Positions 28,214 through 38,816 of a stretch of 43,179 nt of DNA are shown here, one piece after another; position 1 is the first letter of the stretch, and each line of letters starts with the position of its first letter. The position numbers were made by a program, and so were the translations under genes. The stretch spans positions 1 through 43,179 of the forward strand of contig CAMTVK010000016.1 in the NCBI GenBank assembly GCA_947085185.1, written 5' to 3'. Below the pieces are notes generated by a model. That model made no database searches. It was not told where the DNA came from and worked only from the letters and a program-made list of their open reading frames with translations. Origin of the DNA: Candidatus Fraserbacteria bacterium. Its GTDB lineage: Bacteria; Bipolaricaulota; Bipolaricaulia; RBG-16-55-9; DRXL01.

Positions 28214-30127
28214 ATGTCCCTGCTGAGTACTGAAGACCTGACCCATCGCTATGGTGCCGAAACAGTCTTTGAAAGAGTCTCGGTGCAGGTGCACCGAGGG
28301 GATCGCATTGGGGTGGTCGGCCTCAATGGCAGCGGAAAATCCACGTTATTGCGCATTCTCGCGGGCTTGCACGAGCCTTCCCGCGGGCGCGTCGTGCGCG
28401 CTCGTTCTGTGCGGATTGGGTATCTTGCACAAGAGCCTCACTTTGAGAGCAACGCACCACTCTTCGATGAGATGCTTAAAGTCTTCGCCACGCTGCGCGA
28501 GCACGAGCATGAGCTCCAACGCATCGAACACGAGCTCGCACAAAACGCTGCTTCTCACAGTCTCCTGCAGCGCTATGATGAGCTTTTGGAGAGCTTTCGC
28601 CACCGTGGAGGCTACGAGTACCAGAGCCGCATCCATCAGGTGCTCGCCGGTTTGGGGTTCACTGCGCACGATGAGACAAAGCCCATCGCGCACTTGAGCG
28701 GAGGGCAGCGCGCACGAGCGGCCCTGGCTCGGCTGCTCCTCGAAGAGCCCGATATACTCTTGCTCGACGAGCCGACCAATCACTTGGACATAGATGCTCT
28801 GGAGTGGCTCGAAGACTATCTTTCGCGATGGAAAGGCGCTTTTATTATAGCCTCGCACGATCGCTACTTTCTGGACAAGCTGGTGCAAAGGATTTGGGAG
28901 CTGGAGTTTGGTCGTCTCTATGAGTATCCCGGCACATATTCTGTCTATAGAAAGCTGCGCCAGGAGCGTCTGGAGCGCCAGTGGAAGCTCTACGAAGAGC
29001 AGCAAGAGTTTATCCAAAAATCTGAAGAATTTATACGGCGCAACATCGCCGGTGGGGACTTTCGCGCCAGTCAAGCTCAAGCGCGCCAAAAGATGTTAGA
29101 ACGACTCGAGCGCATCCCCAAGCCTCTCGTCCCCAAAAAGATTCACGTATGGATGGACGTGAAAAGACCCAGTGGCGAGCGGGTGCTGCGCGCTCGAGAC
29201 TTAGTCATTGGCTATCCTGGGGTGCCGCTGGTGCGCTGTAAAAGTCTTGCGCTGCAGCGGGGGGAGCGCGCTGCACTCATCGGCCCTAACGGCTCAGGCA
29301 AGACGACTCTTCTGAAAACGATCATGGGAGAGATCCCCCCTCTCGAAGGCGCTCTCGAGGTGGGACATGGCGTGGAGATCGCGTACTTCCGCCAAAGCCA
29401 AACCGAGCTCGAGAGCCCTGACAAAACCGTGCTCGAAGCTGTACTGGAGAACAAAGAGCAAACGATCTCAGAAGCGCGTACTTTCTTGGGGCAGTTTCTC
29501 TTCTCCGGCGATGACGTCTTCAAGAAGATCTCCGAGCTATCGGGTGGGGAGCGGAGTCGGTTAGCTTTGGCGAGGCTGGCGCAGCTGGGGGGAAATCTCT
29601 TGCTCTTGGACGAGCCGACCAATCACTTGGACATGGACTCGCGCGAAGTCCTCCAAGAAGCCCTGAAAGAGTACAAGGGCACGATCGTGTTCGCTTCTCA
29701 TGATCGGTATCTCATCCACGCGGTCGCTACGCAGATCTGGGAGATCCGGGATGGTGAACTAAAAATCTTCCGCGGGGATTATGAATCTTATCGGGGAGAG
29801 CGAGAGTCGAGCTCCTCTGGTAAGATCACCACAGAGCAGCGGAGGCGTCTCTCTCCTGGGAAGGAGCAGCGGTTGCGCGAGCGTCAGAGGGCGAAACTTG
29901 CTGCTCGTGAAGCCGAGCTGATGGCCCTTGTTACGGCACTGGAGAACGAGATCGCCCAGCTCGAACGAGAGATGGAGACGGCCAGCTCCGCTGGGGATTA
30001 CCAGCGGGTACACGAGCTTGCAGAGCTCTACCGTCAAAAGCGCCAAGAGTTAGAGAGCGCCTCGGAAGACTGGGCTCAAGCGGCCCAAGAGCTCGCGAAC
30101 TTTTCGAGGCACTCTCAGGGAGTATAA
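28214..30127 (+). CDS. ABC-F family ATPase (ribosome-associated, Uup/YdiF-like)
   Basis: Two NBDs ([44 protein letters not shown]), SHDRY, inter-domain linker, C-terminal coiled coil, no TM segments. Confidence 0.95.
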   Translation: MSLLSTEDLTHRYGAETVFERVSVQVHRGDRIGVVGLNGSGKSTLLRILAGLHEPSRGRVVRARSVRIGYLAQEPHFESNAPLFDEMLKVFATLREHEHELQRIEHELAQNAASHSLLQRYDELLESFRHRGGYEYQSRIHQVLAGLGFTAHDETKPIAHLSGGQRARAALARLLLEEPDILLLDEPTNHLDIDALEWLEDYLSRWKGAFIIASHDRYFLDKLVQRIWELEFGRLYEYPGTYSVYRKLRQERLERQWKLYEEQQEFIQKSEEFIRRNIAGGDFRASQAQARQKMLERLERIPKPLVPKKIHVWMDVKRPSGERVLRARDLVIGYPGVPLVRCKSLALQRGERAALIGPNGSGKTTLLKTIMGEIPPLEGALEVGHGVEIAYFRQSQTELESPDKTVLEAVLENKEQTISEARTFLGQFLFSGDDVFKKISELSGGERSRLALARLAQLGGNLLLLDEPTNHLDMDSREVLQEALKEYKGTIVFASHDRYLIHAVATQIWEIRDGELKIFRGDYESYRGERESSSSGKITTEQRRRLSPGKEQRLRERQRAKLAAREAELMALVTALENEIAQLEREMETASSAGDYQRVHELAELYRQKRQELESASEDWAQAAQELANFSRHSQGV

Positions 30128-30327
30128 AATTTCGCTTCGTCGGCTTTGAAGCCGGCCTTGCTGTGCGTTCCATCACAGAAGGGCTTGTTCTTGGAGCCCC
30201 CGCAGCGACAGAGTGCCACCCACGGCCGATCAATCATGCTCTCCTTGCCAGAAGCGTCTACAAACCTTACCGGGCCCTTGATGAGATTGGGGCCGTCTTT
30301 CTTCGATTCGACGATCAGCTCAGCCAT
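30115..30327 (-). CDS. CDGSH-type 2Fe-2S protein (70 aa), probably also translated independently
   Basis: ATG 30327 preceded by [15 protein letters not shown]...[18 protein letters not shown]. Confidence 0.85.
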   Translation of the reverse strand: MAELIVESKKDGPNLIKGPVRFVDASGKESMIDRPWVALCRCGGSKNKPFCDGTHSKAGFKADEAKFYTP

Positions 30328-30789
30328 GATCGCCCCTCCTTCGGTTGTGAGATTTATTCTATCTGTTTTGCACAGCAGCTTCAACCCCTCAATATAGCTG
30401 CGCCAACCCAACCCACAGATCTGCGCCACACAAACGTCCTTGATCACAGAGATCCTTCGAAACGCTTCACGCGCGGCGATGTCCGACAGATGGACTTCAA
30501 CTGCAGGCTTCCCCACAGCCGCGATCGCATCGCGAATCGCATAACTGTAATGCGTATACGCGCCGGGGTTGATCACGATCCCATCAGCCCAGTGACGCTC
30601 CTCGTGCAGCTTGTCTATGATCGCGCCTTCGTGATTGGATTGAAAGATCTTCAGTTCAAGCCCATGCGCAGCCGCGAACTCTTCCAATCTCTTGTTGAGC
30701 CCTTCAAGCGTCATCGTCCCATAGATATGGGGCTCACGCTCACCTAAGAGATTGAGGTTGGGACCGTGAATGACGACAATGCGCTTCAT
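30115..30789 (-). CDS. aroQ: type II 3-dehydroquinate dehydratase fused in frame to a CDGSH iron-sulfur domain
   Basis: [40 protein letters not shown]-terminal [16 protein letters not shown]. Confidence 0.92.
   Translation of the reverse strand: MKRIVVIHGPNLNLLGEREPHIYGTMTLEGLNKRLEEFAAAHGLELKIFQSNHEGAIIDKLHEERHWADGIVINPGAYTHYSYAIRDAIAAVGKPAVEVHLSDIAAREAFRRISVIKDVCVAQICGLGWRSYIEGLKLLCKTDRINLTTEGGAIMAELIVESKKDGPNLIKGPVRFVDASGKESMIDRPWVALCRCGGSKNKPFCDGTHSKAGFKADEAKFYTP
30356..30384 (-). promoter_or_regulatory. internal promoter for the CDGSH gene
   Basis: Minus strand TTGAAG-17-TAGAAT, 28 nt upstream of ATG 30327. Confidence 0.6.
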
Positions 30790-32378
30790 AGGTGTTCCAG
30801 AGCTTCTTGGAGTTCAGGCTCGGTGAGGAGACTGAGCGTGGGGTCTCCGATACGGCGCAGCAACACACACTGAATCTGCCCGTCACGGGATTTCTTGTCA
30901 CGACGTATGAACTCGAGCACTGTGCGAGAGGACACCTGAGCTAAAGACGGCTTAGGAAATCGCGCGAAGAGCTGTTCGATGCGCTCCAGCTCCGAGGCGC
31001 TTAACCCCGCCTTAACGTGAGAGAGCCGAGCCTCGATCAGCATCCCCCACGCCACGGCCTCTCCATGACGCAGCTCATAAGCGCTTGCGGCTTCGAGGGC
31101 GTGCCCTACCGTGTGCCCGAAATTTAAAAATTTTCTGAGATGGCGTTCTCGTTCGTCCGCGGAAACAATCTCAGATTTGATGGCGCAGCATCGCGCGATG
31201 ACCTCAGAAAGCGCGTGCGGGTCTTGCGCGAAGCTCTCAAGCTTTGTCTCAAGCTGCTCCAAGAGCGCGGGATCGCGAATCAGCGCGTATTTGATCACTT
31301 CGGCCAGGCCGGACCAGACCTCGCGTTTGGGCAGCGTCACCAGCACCGTTGGGTCTATGATCACACAGCGTGGCTGATAAAACGTCCCAATGAGATTCTT
31401 CCCCAAGGGATGATTGATCCCGGTCTTGCCCCCGACGCTGCTGTCAACTTGGGCGAGCAGCGTCGTGGGGATCTGCACATACGGGACCCCCCGCAAGAAC
31501 GTCGAAGCGACAAAGCCCGCAAGATCCCCGATCACTCCCCCCCCCACAGCGAGAATCGTCGTCTGGCGGTCGCAGCGGGCTTGGAGGAGCTGCGTGTAGA
31601 GCATCTCTGCGGTCTGTAAGCTCTTCTGCTCCTCGCCCGCAGGCACGCTCACAAGAAGCGCCTCCACCCCGTTCCTCCCCAAAGAGCTCAGAATGACCTC
31701 TCCATAGAGCTGAGCTACAGTCGTATCGGTGATGATCGCGGCTCGCGCCCCCAGATGATAGTGCGTATAGAGTGCGCCTATATGCTGGAGCAGTCCCGGC
31801 TTGACCCAGATAAAGTAGCTGCGCTCGCCCAGCGCCACACCAACGATATGTGTGCCCCACGCGCTTCCCAACATCTCGCAGAGTGCCGCTACCGCTTCGG
31901 CAGGGGTACGCTCGTTCTCGACCGTGAGATCGGCAAGCTCGTAGCGGGCCTCTCGAGCGCGTGCTACCTCGGCAATCGTCTGATGTGCCAAGAGCGGACG
32001 CTCAGACTTATGTGCGCTGAGGCGCTGGGCTAAGAGTTCTGGACGGACTTTGAGATAGACACTGATGCCCGTGCGTCGGATGAGCTCCCAGTTTTCGTCG
32101 CAGAGCACCGCGCCGCCCCCTAAGGCGACGACGGCGTTCTCTTGTGGCACAACTTCGCGCAGAGTTTGGCTCTCGCGCTCGCGAAAGCCCAGCTCGCCTT
32201 CACGCTCGAAGATCTCAGCGATAGAACAGCCAGCACGCGCGACAATCTGCTCGTCTAAGTCTATAAAATCTCGTGGGAGGATGCGTGCCAAGAGCTTGCC
32301 CACCGTGCTCTTACCCGCTCCCATGCACCCTATGAGATAGATATTAGCGCCGCGTGCTCGCTTTAAGTTCTCGGACAT
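30786..32378 (-). CDS. aroB: bifunctional shikimate kinase / 3-dehydroquinate synthase (AroK-AroB fusion)
   Basis: [76 protein letters not shown]. Confidence 0.95.
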   Translation of the reverse strand: MSENLKRARGANIYLIGCMGAGKSTVGKLLARILPRDFIDLDEQIVARAGCSIAEIFEREGELGFRERESQTLREVVPQENAVVALGGGAVLCDENWELIRRTGISVYLKVRPELLAQRLSAHKSERPLLAHQTIAEVARAREARYELADLTVENERTPAEAVAALCEMLGSAWGTHIVGVALGERSYFIWVKPGLLQHIGALYTHYHLGARAAIITDTTVAQLYGEVILSSLGRNGVEALLVSVPAGEEQKSLQTAEMLYTQLLQARCDRQTTILAVGGGVIGDLAGFVASTFLRGVPYVQIPTTLLAQVDSSVGGKTGINHPLGKNLIGTFYQPRCVIIDPTVLVTLPKREVWSGLAEVIKYALIRDPALLEQLETKLESFAQDPHALSEVIARCCAIKSEIVSADERERHLRKFLNFGHTVGHALEAASAYELRHGEAVAWGMLIEARLSHVKAGLSASELERIEQLFARFPKPSLAQVSSRTVLEFIRRDKKSRDGQIQCVLLRRIGDPTLSLLTEPELQEALEHL

Positions 32379-33147
32379 AATCGGTCAGCGCTTGCGGGGA
32401 GATGCCCTCGGCGATCCGTGCAGCAAGAGCGCTCGCCACGATCACGCCGTCCGCGCCCGCTTGAGCTACTGTATGAATATGATCTGGCGTCGAAATCCCA
32501 GAACCAACAGCTACTTTGAGGTCCTCCGGCAGCAGTGGCCGCACGCGCTCAATCAACGGCACGACTGTAGGCGCGAGCGTCTCGCTCGGCCCGGTCGTGC
32601 CAGAGCGCAAGACCAGATAGACAAACCCCGAAGAGTATTCGCAGATCTTCTTTGCGCGCTCCTTATCGGTCTGGGGAGTGATGAAAAAAACCCGCGCGAG
32701 TCCGTACTTGCGCGCTTGATTGACCCACGACGTCGCTTCTTCGATGGAGATATCGGTGATGATGACCCCGTCAACGCCGGCTTCGCTACACCGCCGCGCA
32801 AACGACTCTTCGCCAAGCCGGCAGATCGGGTTATAGTAAGTCATGAGCAGAATGGGGAGCTCAGAACTTTTGCGCAGCTCCTGCACCATCTGGAGAGCTG
32901 TGAACACGGTCACTCCTTGGCGGAGCGCGCGGCTATGAGCAGCTTGTAAGATAGGACCATCTACAATGGGATCAGTAAAAGGCACGCCCAGCTCGAGTAT
33001 ATCGATCCCACCGGCCTCCAAGGCCCTTATATACTCAAGCGTGCGATCGAGCTGCGGGTCCCCTGTCATAATATACCCGATGAGCGCGGCCTCACCTCGA
33101 CTCTGGACTTCCTCAAAGCGCTTGCTCAGTCGTTGGCTGAGTATCAT
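32344..33147 (-). CDS. trpA: tryptophan synthase alpha subunit (divergent)
   Basis: [38 protein letters not shown]. Confidence 0.92.
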   Translation of the reverse strand: MILSQRLSKRFEEVQSRGEAALIGYIMTGDPQLDRTLEYIRALEAGGIDILELGVPFTDPIVDGPILQAAHSRALRQGVTVFTALQMVQELRKSSELPILLMTYYNPICRLGEESFARRCSEAGVDGVIITDISIEEATSWVNQARKYGLARVFFITPQTDKERAKKICEYSSGFVYLVLRSGTTGPSETLAPTVVPLIERVRPLLPEDLKVAVGSGISTPDHIHTVAQAGADGVIVASALAARIAEGISPQALTDYVRELKASTRR

Positions 33148-34333
33148 AGTGTGTCACCGTATCTATATCTTTGTCGCCTTGGCCAGAGAGCGTAATCACG
33201 ATGATCTGGTCGCGCTTCATGCGCTGAGCTCGCTGCAGCGCAGCGTAGACCGCGTGCGCGGCTTCCAGCGCCGGAAGAATTCCCTCCAGCTGGGCGAGCA
33301 CCCGAAACCCTTCGAGCGCGTGCTCGTCGCTCACTGCGATATACTCCCCGCGCCCCAGCTTCTTATAGAGCGCGTGCTCAGGGCCTACGGCCGCGTAATC
33401 CAGCCCTGCCGCGATGCTATGGGTCTCTCGAATATACCCGTGCTCGTCTTGCAAGACGAACGTCTTCGCCCCATGCAGCACGCCCACGGAGCCCTGCGAC
33501 AGCGAGGCGGCACCGGCAGCTTCGACCCCTAAGAACCGAACTCTCTCGTCGTTGACGAACGGAAAAAACGTGCCGATCGCGTTGCTGCCTCCCCCAACAC
33601 ACGCAACAAGCAGATCGGGCAGGCGCTGCTCGCGGCGCAAGAGTTGGCCCTTGATCTCGTCGCCGATCACGCGTTGAAAGTCGCGCACGATCATGGGATA
33701 GGGGTGCGGCCCCACAACCGAGCCGATCAAATAATATGTTGTGGGCACGTTGGTGACCCAATCGCGCAGGGCTTCATTGATCGCGTCTTTGAGCGTCTGG
33801 GAGCCGCCAGTGACGGGATGCACTGTGGCCCCCAAGAGCTTCATGCGCTGGACGTTCATCTGTTGGCGTGCGATGTCGCGCGCGCCCATATAGATCTCTG
33901 CATGTAAGCCGAGCACAGCGCAGGCCATCGCTGTGGCGACGCCGTGCTGTCCTGTGCCCGTCTCGGCGATCACGCGCTTTTTGCCCATGGCGCGCGCCAG
34001 CAATGCTTGCCCCAACGCGTTATTGAGAGTATGAGCACCCCCGTGCACCAAGTCTTCTCGTTTGAGAAAGATCTGTGCGCCTCCGGCGTACTCCGTGAGG
34101 CGTTTGGCAAAGTAGAGCGGGGTAGGGCGCCCGCCGTAGTCGGTGTGCAGGGCCTTCAGCTCGCTTTGGAAGTCAAACCGCGCAGAGATCTCTCGGTATG
34201 CGCGCTCCAGTTCTTCGAGCGCCGGGATTAAAATCTCTGGGACGAACTGGCCCCCAAATTCCCCAAAGTGTCCGTCCTGGGGGAGCTCGCTCAGCTTGGT
34301 TGTGCTTGACCTGATCGGAGCTTTCGCAACCAT
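33113..34333 (-). CDS. trpB: tryptophan synthase beta subunit homologue lacking the catalytic Lys
   Basis: [28 protein letters not shown](T), [45 protein letters not shown]. Confidence 0.93.
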   Translation of the reverse strand: MVAKAPIRSSTTKLSELPQDGHFGEFGGQFVPEILIPALEELERAYREISARFDFQSELKALHTDYGGRPTPLYFAKRLTEYAGGAQIFLKREDLVHGGAHTLNNALGQALLARAMGKKRVIAETGTGQHGVATAMACAVLGLHAEIYMGARDIARQQMNVQRMKLLGATVHPVTGGSQTLKDAINEALRDWVTNVPTTYYLIGSVVGPHPYPMIVRDFQRVIGDEIKGQLLRREQRLPDLLVACVGGGSNAIGTFFPFVNDERVRFLGVEAAGAASLSQGSVGVLHGAKTFVLQDEHGYIRETHSIAAGLDYAAVGPEHALYKKLGRGEYIAVSDEHALEGFRVLAQLEGILPALEAAHAVYAALQRAQRMKRDQIIVITLSGQGDKDIDTVTHYDTQPTTEQAL

Positions 34334-34386
34334 AAGGTCTCACCCTCTGAAGCAGCGTCTGTCATTATACCCGATAGTATGGAAGT

Positions 34387-34415
34387 TTGTCTGGGCGGTT
34401 TCGCCGCTGTACAAT
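34387..34415 (+). promoter_or_regulatory. probable leaderless promoter for the sirtuin gene
   Basis: TTGTCT-17-TACAAT ending 6 nt before in-frame GTG 34422; a divergent TATAAT for trpB lies at 34369-34364. Confidence 0.65.
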
Positions 34416-34421
34416 CTGAGC

Positions 34422-35168
34422 GTGAGAGGGCAGATTGAAGAGCTCGTCCAGATGTTTCAGGAAGCCCGGTATGCCGTCGCCCTCACTGGGGCGGGGGTGA
34501 GTACCGATTCGGGCATCCCTGACTTTCGCAGCCCCAGCACGGGCCTATGGGCACAGTATAACCCTCTCGAAGTCGCTTCTCTTGAAGGCTTTCGTAGGGA
34601 TCCCCTGAGGTTCTATGAGTTCTGGCGCCAACGGTTTGCTAAGTTAACCAGCGCTCAGCCCAATATCACCCATCAGGTGCTCGCCAAGCTCGAAGCGCTC
34701 GGGTATCTCAAGTGTGTTATTACTCAGAATATTGACGATCTCCACAGGCGGGCCGGCTCCAAAAGAGTTCTCGAAGTCCACGGCAACTACACGCGCGGAA
34801 TCTGCCTGGGGTGCAGAAAGCCTTATGCGATCCAAGAGATCTTTGAGAAACTCGAACATCATTGCGTCCCATCATGCGATGCGTGCGGGGAACTGCTCAA
34901 GCCCGACGTCGTGCTCTTTGGGGAGCTGCTCACTCCGGACTTCGATCAAGCTGTGATGGAGATCGAGCGGTGTGATCTCGTGTTCGTTTTAGGGACTTCG
35001 TTAGAAGTCTATCCCGTAGCCGGGCTGGTACCACAAGCCAAGAGCTCCGGAGCGCGTATTATTATTATCAACCGTGACGAGACGCCCTTCGACCCCATCG
35101 CTGAGTTGGTCCTCCGCAGCGAGCTCCAGCCCGTTATGGCAGAACTGCAGCGCAGGCTCATCGGGTAA
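34422..35168 (+). CDS. cobB: NAD-dependent protein deacylase (Sir2/CobB family)
   Basis: LTGAGVSTDSGIPDFRS, TQNIDDLH, EVHG, CLGC...CDAC, KPDVVLFGE, GTSLEVYP. Confidence 0.95.
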   Translation: MRGQIEELVQMFQEARYAVALTGAGVSTDSGIPDFRSPSTGLWAQYNPLEVASLEGFRRDPLRFYEFWRQRFAKLTSAQPNITHQVLAKLEALGYLKCVITQNIDDLHRRAGSKRVLEVHGNYTRGICLGCRKPYAIQEIFEKLEHHCVPSCDACGELLKPDVVLFGELLTPDFDQAVMEIERCDLVFVLGTSLEVYPVAGLVPQAKSSGARIIIINRDETPFDPIAELVLRSELQPVMAELQRRLIG

Positions 35169-35179
35169 CTCACGGGCGT

Positions 35180-35209
35180 TTGCATGAGAACGGTCCTCTC
35201 TGCTAAACT
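35180..35209 (+). promoter_or_regulatory. possible guaA operon promoter
   Basis: TTGCAT-18-TAAACT with an extended -10 TG. Confidence 0.4.
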
Positions 35210-35224
35210 TACAGTACGCTCTTT

Positions 35225-36766
35225 ATGGACACCGTGCTCATTCTCGATTTTGGCTCACAGTACACCAAGCTCATCGCGAAGGCGGTGCGCGGGCTGGAAG
35301 TCTATGCCGAGATCGTCCCCTCGGATATCTCTGCTTCCGAGGTGCAGCGACGAGCCCCACGAGGGCTCATCTTCTCAGGAGGTCCAGCCAGCGTCTATGC
35401 CCCCCAAGCCCCACGCTGCGATCGGCGCATCTACGAACTTCAGATCCCCATATTGGGAATTTGCTACGGGATGCAACGGATGGCTCATGACTTGGGGGGG
35501 CGCGTCCTACGAAGTGACAGGCGTGAGTACGGGCCTACTACGATCGAGATCGTTCAGAGAGATACGCTGCTTGAGGGCCTGAACGACCACGAAGAAGTCT
35601 GGATGAGCCACGGCGATGAGATTCAAACTCTTCCCCCACATTTTGTTTGCCTTGCCAAGACGACTCATGGGGCTTATGCAGCTATAAGAAGCCGCGATGG
35701 GCTGCTCTATGGGATTCAATTCCACCCGGAGGTGGCTCATACCCCCAAGGGCACAGAACTTCTCAGGAATTTTCTGTTTGGGGTTTGTCGGATAGGGGAG
35801 CGCTGGCACCCCGAAGATCACGTGCACGAGATCATCGCACGACTCAAAGAAGATCTGTCTGACACGCACCATGCGCTCATGGGGGTCTCCGGAGGGGTCG
35901 ACAGCAGCACCGCAGCGGTGCTCGTCCATCGCGCCATCGGCGATAGGTTGATTCCCGTGTTCATTGATACGGGGCTGTTGCGTCTTGGGGAGGTCGAGCG
36001 CACACGGGTCGTCTTTGAGAGGCTCGGCTTGCGTCTGCGCGTTGTTGATGCCAGCGCGCGCTTTTTTGCTGCTCTTGAAGGGGTCACTGACCCCGAAGAA
36101 AAGCGCCGACGCATTGGAGCAGCGTTCATCCAAGTCTTTGAAGAAGAATCCCAAAAGCTTGCGCGCGAGGTCGGGGGCATTGACGTGCTCGTCCAAGGGA
36201 CGATCTATTCCGATGTCATAGAGAGTGCTGGCTCCCCAGGGGCAGACAAGATTAAAAGCCATCATAACGTAGGCGGGCTTCCGGAGCGTGTGCCGTTTCG
36301 GATTATCGAGCCCTTGAGGGATTTCTTCAAAGACGAGGTGCGCCAGATCGGTGTGCGCTTGGGGATCCCCGAAGAGATCATGTGGGAGCAGCCTTTTCCT
36401 GGGCCGGGGCTCGCTGTGAGGATCTTAGGGGAAGTGACCCCACAGCGAGTGCGCATATTACAGAGAGTGGACGCGATTGTGCGCGAAGAGATTCAGAGAG
36501 CTGGGCTGGCTCGAGCGGTCTGGCAGTATTTTGCCGTGTTGTTGCCCATACGCAGCGTGGCGGTCTTGGGGGATGGACGCGCCTACGGGCACGTGGTCGC
36601 GGTGCGCGCTGTAGACAGCCGCGATGGCATGACCGCTGACTGGTTCCAGCTTCCCTATGACGTATTGGGGAGGATTTCGAGTCGGATCACGAACGAAGTC
36701 GAAGGGGTCACCCGGGTAGTTTATGATATCACTTCCAAACCTCCAGCTACGATAGAATGGGAATAA
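35225..36766 (+). CDS. guaA: GMP synthase (glutamine-hydrolysing)
   Basis: ILDFGSQYT, LGICYGMQ, QFHPEV, SGGVDSS, IKSHHNVGGLP, PFPGPGLAVR, YDITSKPPATIEWE. Confidence 0.99.
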   Translation: MDTVLILDFGSQYTKLIAKAVRGLEVYAEIVPSDISASEVQRRAPRGLIFSGGPASVYAPQAPRCDRRIYELQIPILGICYGMQRMAHDLGGRVLRSDRREYGPTTIEIVQRDTLLEGLNDHEEVWMSHGDEIQTLPPHFVCLAKTTHGAYAAIRSRDGLLYGIQFHPEVAHTPKGTELLRNFLFGVCRIGERWHPEDHVHEIIARLKEDLSDTHHALMGVSGGVDSSTAAVLVHRAIGDRLIPVFIDTGLLRLGEVERTRVVFERLGLRLRVVDASARFFAALEGVTDPEEKRRRIGAAFIQVFEEESQKLAREVGGIDVLVQGTIYSDVIESAGSPGADKIKSHHNVGGLPERVPFRIIEPLRDFFKDEVRQIGVRLGIPEEIMWEQPFPGPGLAVRILGEVTPQRVRILQRVDAIVREEIQRAGLARAVWQYFAVLLPIRSVAVLGDGRAYGHVVAVRAVDSRDGMTADWFQLPYDVLGRISSRITNEVEGVTRVVYDITSKPPATIEWE

Positions 36767-36783
36767 ATCTGGCTCTCGCGGAG

Positions 36784-37809
36784 ATGAAAGTCTGTCTCTA
36801 TCTTGAGGCGGAGAACGTCGTGGCGCGCTCGGGGTTTCGCACCGCATTTGCTCAGCACGTGCGCGCCCTGGAGAGGGTGGGGGTGCCCGTGACCACCGAT
36901 CCGACAGAGTCTTCGTTTGATATTCTGCACGTGCATTGGTTTGGCCCGCGCTCGCTCTACTATCTCAAGAGAGCCAAACAACAGGGCAAGATCGTGATCG
37001 CGCACGCCCACAGCATCGGTACGTATGACTTCAAAGACAGCTTCACGCTCTCGAACACCTTCGCGCCGCTCTACGAAAAATATCTCACGTATTTCTATGA
37101 GCTGAGCGATGCGGTCGTCACCCCATCGGAGCATGCAAGGAGGCTCTTGCGCGCTCAGGGGATCTCTCGGCCGATCTACGTTATCAGCAATGGTGTGGAC
37201 TTGGACAGATTCAGGGGGAACCCCCAAGCGCGCGAGGAGTATCGTCGGCGTTTGGGGCTGAAACGCTTTACGGTATTCTCTGCGGGCAATATTATTCCCC
37301 GCAAGGGTGTCCTCGATTTTCTTGAAGTCGCGCGGCGGTTGCCACACTTCGATTTTGTCTGGTTCGGCCATATGTGGAGCCGTCTGCTCGCGTTTGACAG
37401 CGAGATGCACCAGGCGCTCGACGAGCGCCCTTCCAACGTGAAGCTTCCCGGGTTTATTGAAGACACTCCTGGGGCGTTCTCCGCGTGCGATCTACTGTTC
37501 TATCCGTCTTACGGAGAGACGCATGGACTGGTGCTCTTCGAGGCTGCTGCTCTGCAGCGCCCTATCTTGATGCGTGACCTGCCGGAGTACACGGCGGCTG
37601 GATGGCACGATGAAGAGAACTGCCTCAAGGGGAAGACTCTGGACGATTTCTGTGAGAAGATTCTGCGTCTTGCTCAAGATGAATCGCTGCGCGCGCGGCT
37701 TGTCCAAAGGGCTTATCGGTTGGCGGAGGCAAACTCCCTCGACCGTGTGGGACACCAGCTCTCCAAGCTCTATGAGGAGTTGCTTCGCGCGAAGGGGGGA
37801 AGAGCATGA
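36784..37809 (+). CDS. GT4 family glycosyltransferase (glycolipid synthase-like)
   Basis: ISNGVD, RKGVLDF, FVWFG, PSYGETHGLVLFEAAA; start set at ATG 36784 by alignment with the downstream paralogue. Confidence 0.9.
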   Translation: MKVCLYLEAENVVARSGFRTAFAQHVRALERVGVPVTTDPTESSFDILHVHWFGPRSLYYLKRAKQQGKIVIAHAHSIGTYDFKDSFTLSNTFAPLYEKYLTYFYELSDAVVTPSEHARRLLRAQGISRPIYVISNGVDLDRFRGNPQAREEYRRRLGLKRFTVFSAGNIIPRKGVLDFLEVARRLPHFDFVWFGHMWSRLLAFDSEMHQALDERPSNVKLPGFIEDTPGAFSACDLLFYPSYGETHGLVLFEAAALQRPILMRDLPEYTAAGWHDEENCLKGKTLDDFCEKILRLAQDESLRARLVQRAYRLAEANSLDRVGHQLSKLYEELLRAKGGRA

Positions 37810-38816
37810 AGATCTGTCTCTATTTGGAAGCCGCGGAATTTGTCGCCAAATCTGGGTTTAAGTCGGCCTATGAGCAGCATCGCAAGGCCTTGCAGCACGT
37901 TGGGGTGCCGGTCACCGACGACCCCGACTCAGACTATGACGTGCTCCATTTGCACTTTTTTGGGCCGAAGTCGCTCTTCTATTTAAAGCGCGCCAAGCGC
38001 CTCAAAATCCCCGTGGTCGTCCACGCCCACAGCATGGGGGCACACGACTTCGAAGATAGCTTCACGCTCTTCAATTCCATCGCGCCTCTGTACGAAAAAT
38101 ATCTCTATTATTTTTACGAATCGAGCGACGCGATCGTCACGTGTTCTCACTACGCCCGCATGCAGCTCCAAGCGCAGGGGATCACCAAGCCCATCTACGT
38201 TATCAGTAACGCTATAGATCGGGAGCGCTTTCGCTTCTTGGAAGAGGGGCGCCACTTCTATCGAGCTCGGTTGGGATTGAGAGACTTCACGGTCTTTTGT
38301 GCAGGCAACGTTATTCCGCGCAAGGGGATCTTAGATTTTCTCGAAGTGGCGCGGCGCCTTCCCCAGATAGATTTCGTCTGGTTTGGACACATCTGGCCCA
38401 AGCTCTTGACGTTCTACCCGGAGATGCATAAGGCTCTTGAGAACAGGCCGCCCAACGTCACGATGCCCGGGTTCATCGAGGACACCCCCGCGGCGTTCTC
38501 CGCCGGGGATTTGTTGTTCTTGCCGTCGTTTCGCGAGAACCAGCCTATGGTCTTGCTGGAGGCGGCGTCGCTGGGACGACCGTTGGTCGTGCGCGATATC
38601 CCCGAATATCGTGGGTGGTTAGCAGACGGCGTGAACGCCCGCACCGGCTCGTCCGTGGAAGAGTTTGTCCATATTATCTCAGAGATCGCGCACAATCCGC
38701 AGGAGTGGCAACGGCTCTCCCACGCTGCGCAAGAGCTGGCGCAAGCGAGTAGCCTCCCCGTCGTAGGCCAGCGCTTCAAAGAACTCTATCAGCAGCTCTT
38801 AGCGGTACCTGTATGA
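37806..38816 (+). CDS. GT4 family glycosyltransferase, tandem paralogue
   Basis: ISNAID, RKGILDF, FVWFG, PSFRENQPMVLLEAAS. Confidence 0.9.
   Translation: MKICLYLEAAEFVAKSGFKSAYEQHRKALQHVGVPVTDDPDSDYDVLHLHFFGPKSLFYLKRAKRLKIPVVVHAHSMGAHDFEDSFTLFNSIAPLYEKYLYYFYESSDAIVTCSHYARMQLQAQGITKPIYVISNAIDRERFRFLEEGRHFYRARLGLRDFTVFCAGNVIPRKGILDFLEVARRLPQIDFVWFGHIWPKLLTFYPEMHKALENRPPNVTMPGFIEDTPAAFSAGDLLFLPSFRENQPMVLLEAASLGRPLVVRDIPEYRGWLADGVNARTGSSVEEFVHIISEIAHNPQEWQRLSHAAQELAQASSLPVVGQRFKELYQQLLAVPV

Noticed and set aside
30786..32378. AroK-AroB fusion as a novelty
   Set aside because: This fusion is already known in several bacterial lineages.
32344..33147. Identical 35-nt overlaps at trpB/trpA, trpA/aroKB and rpsC/rplP
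   Set aside because: No shared sequence and dependent on start-codon choice; probably coincidence.
34422..35168. Sir2 protein as an anti-phage (Thoeris/DSR) effector
   Set aside because: Canonical stand-alone Zn-binding CobB-type deacylase of 248 aa with no defence partners nearby.
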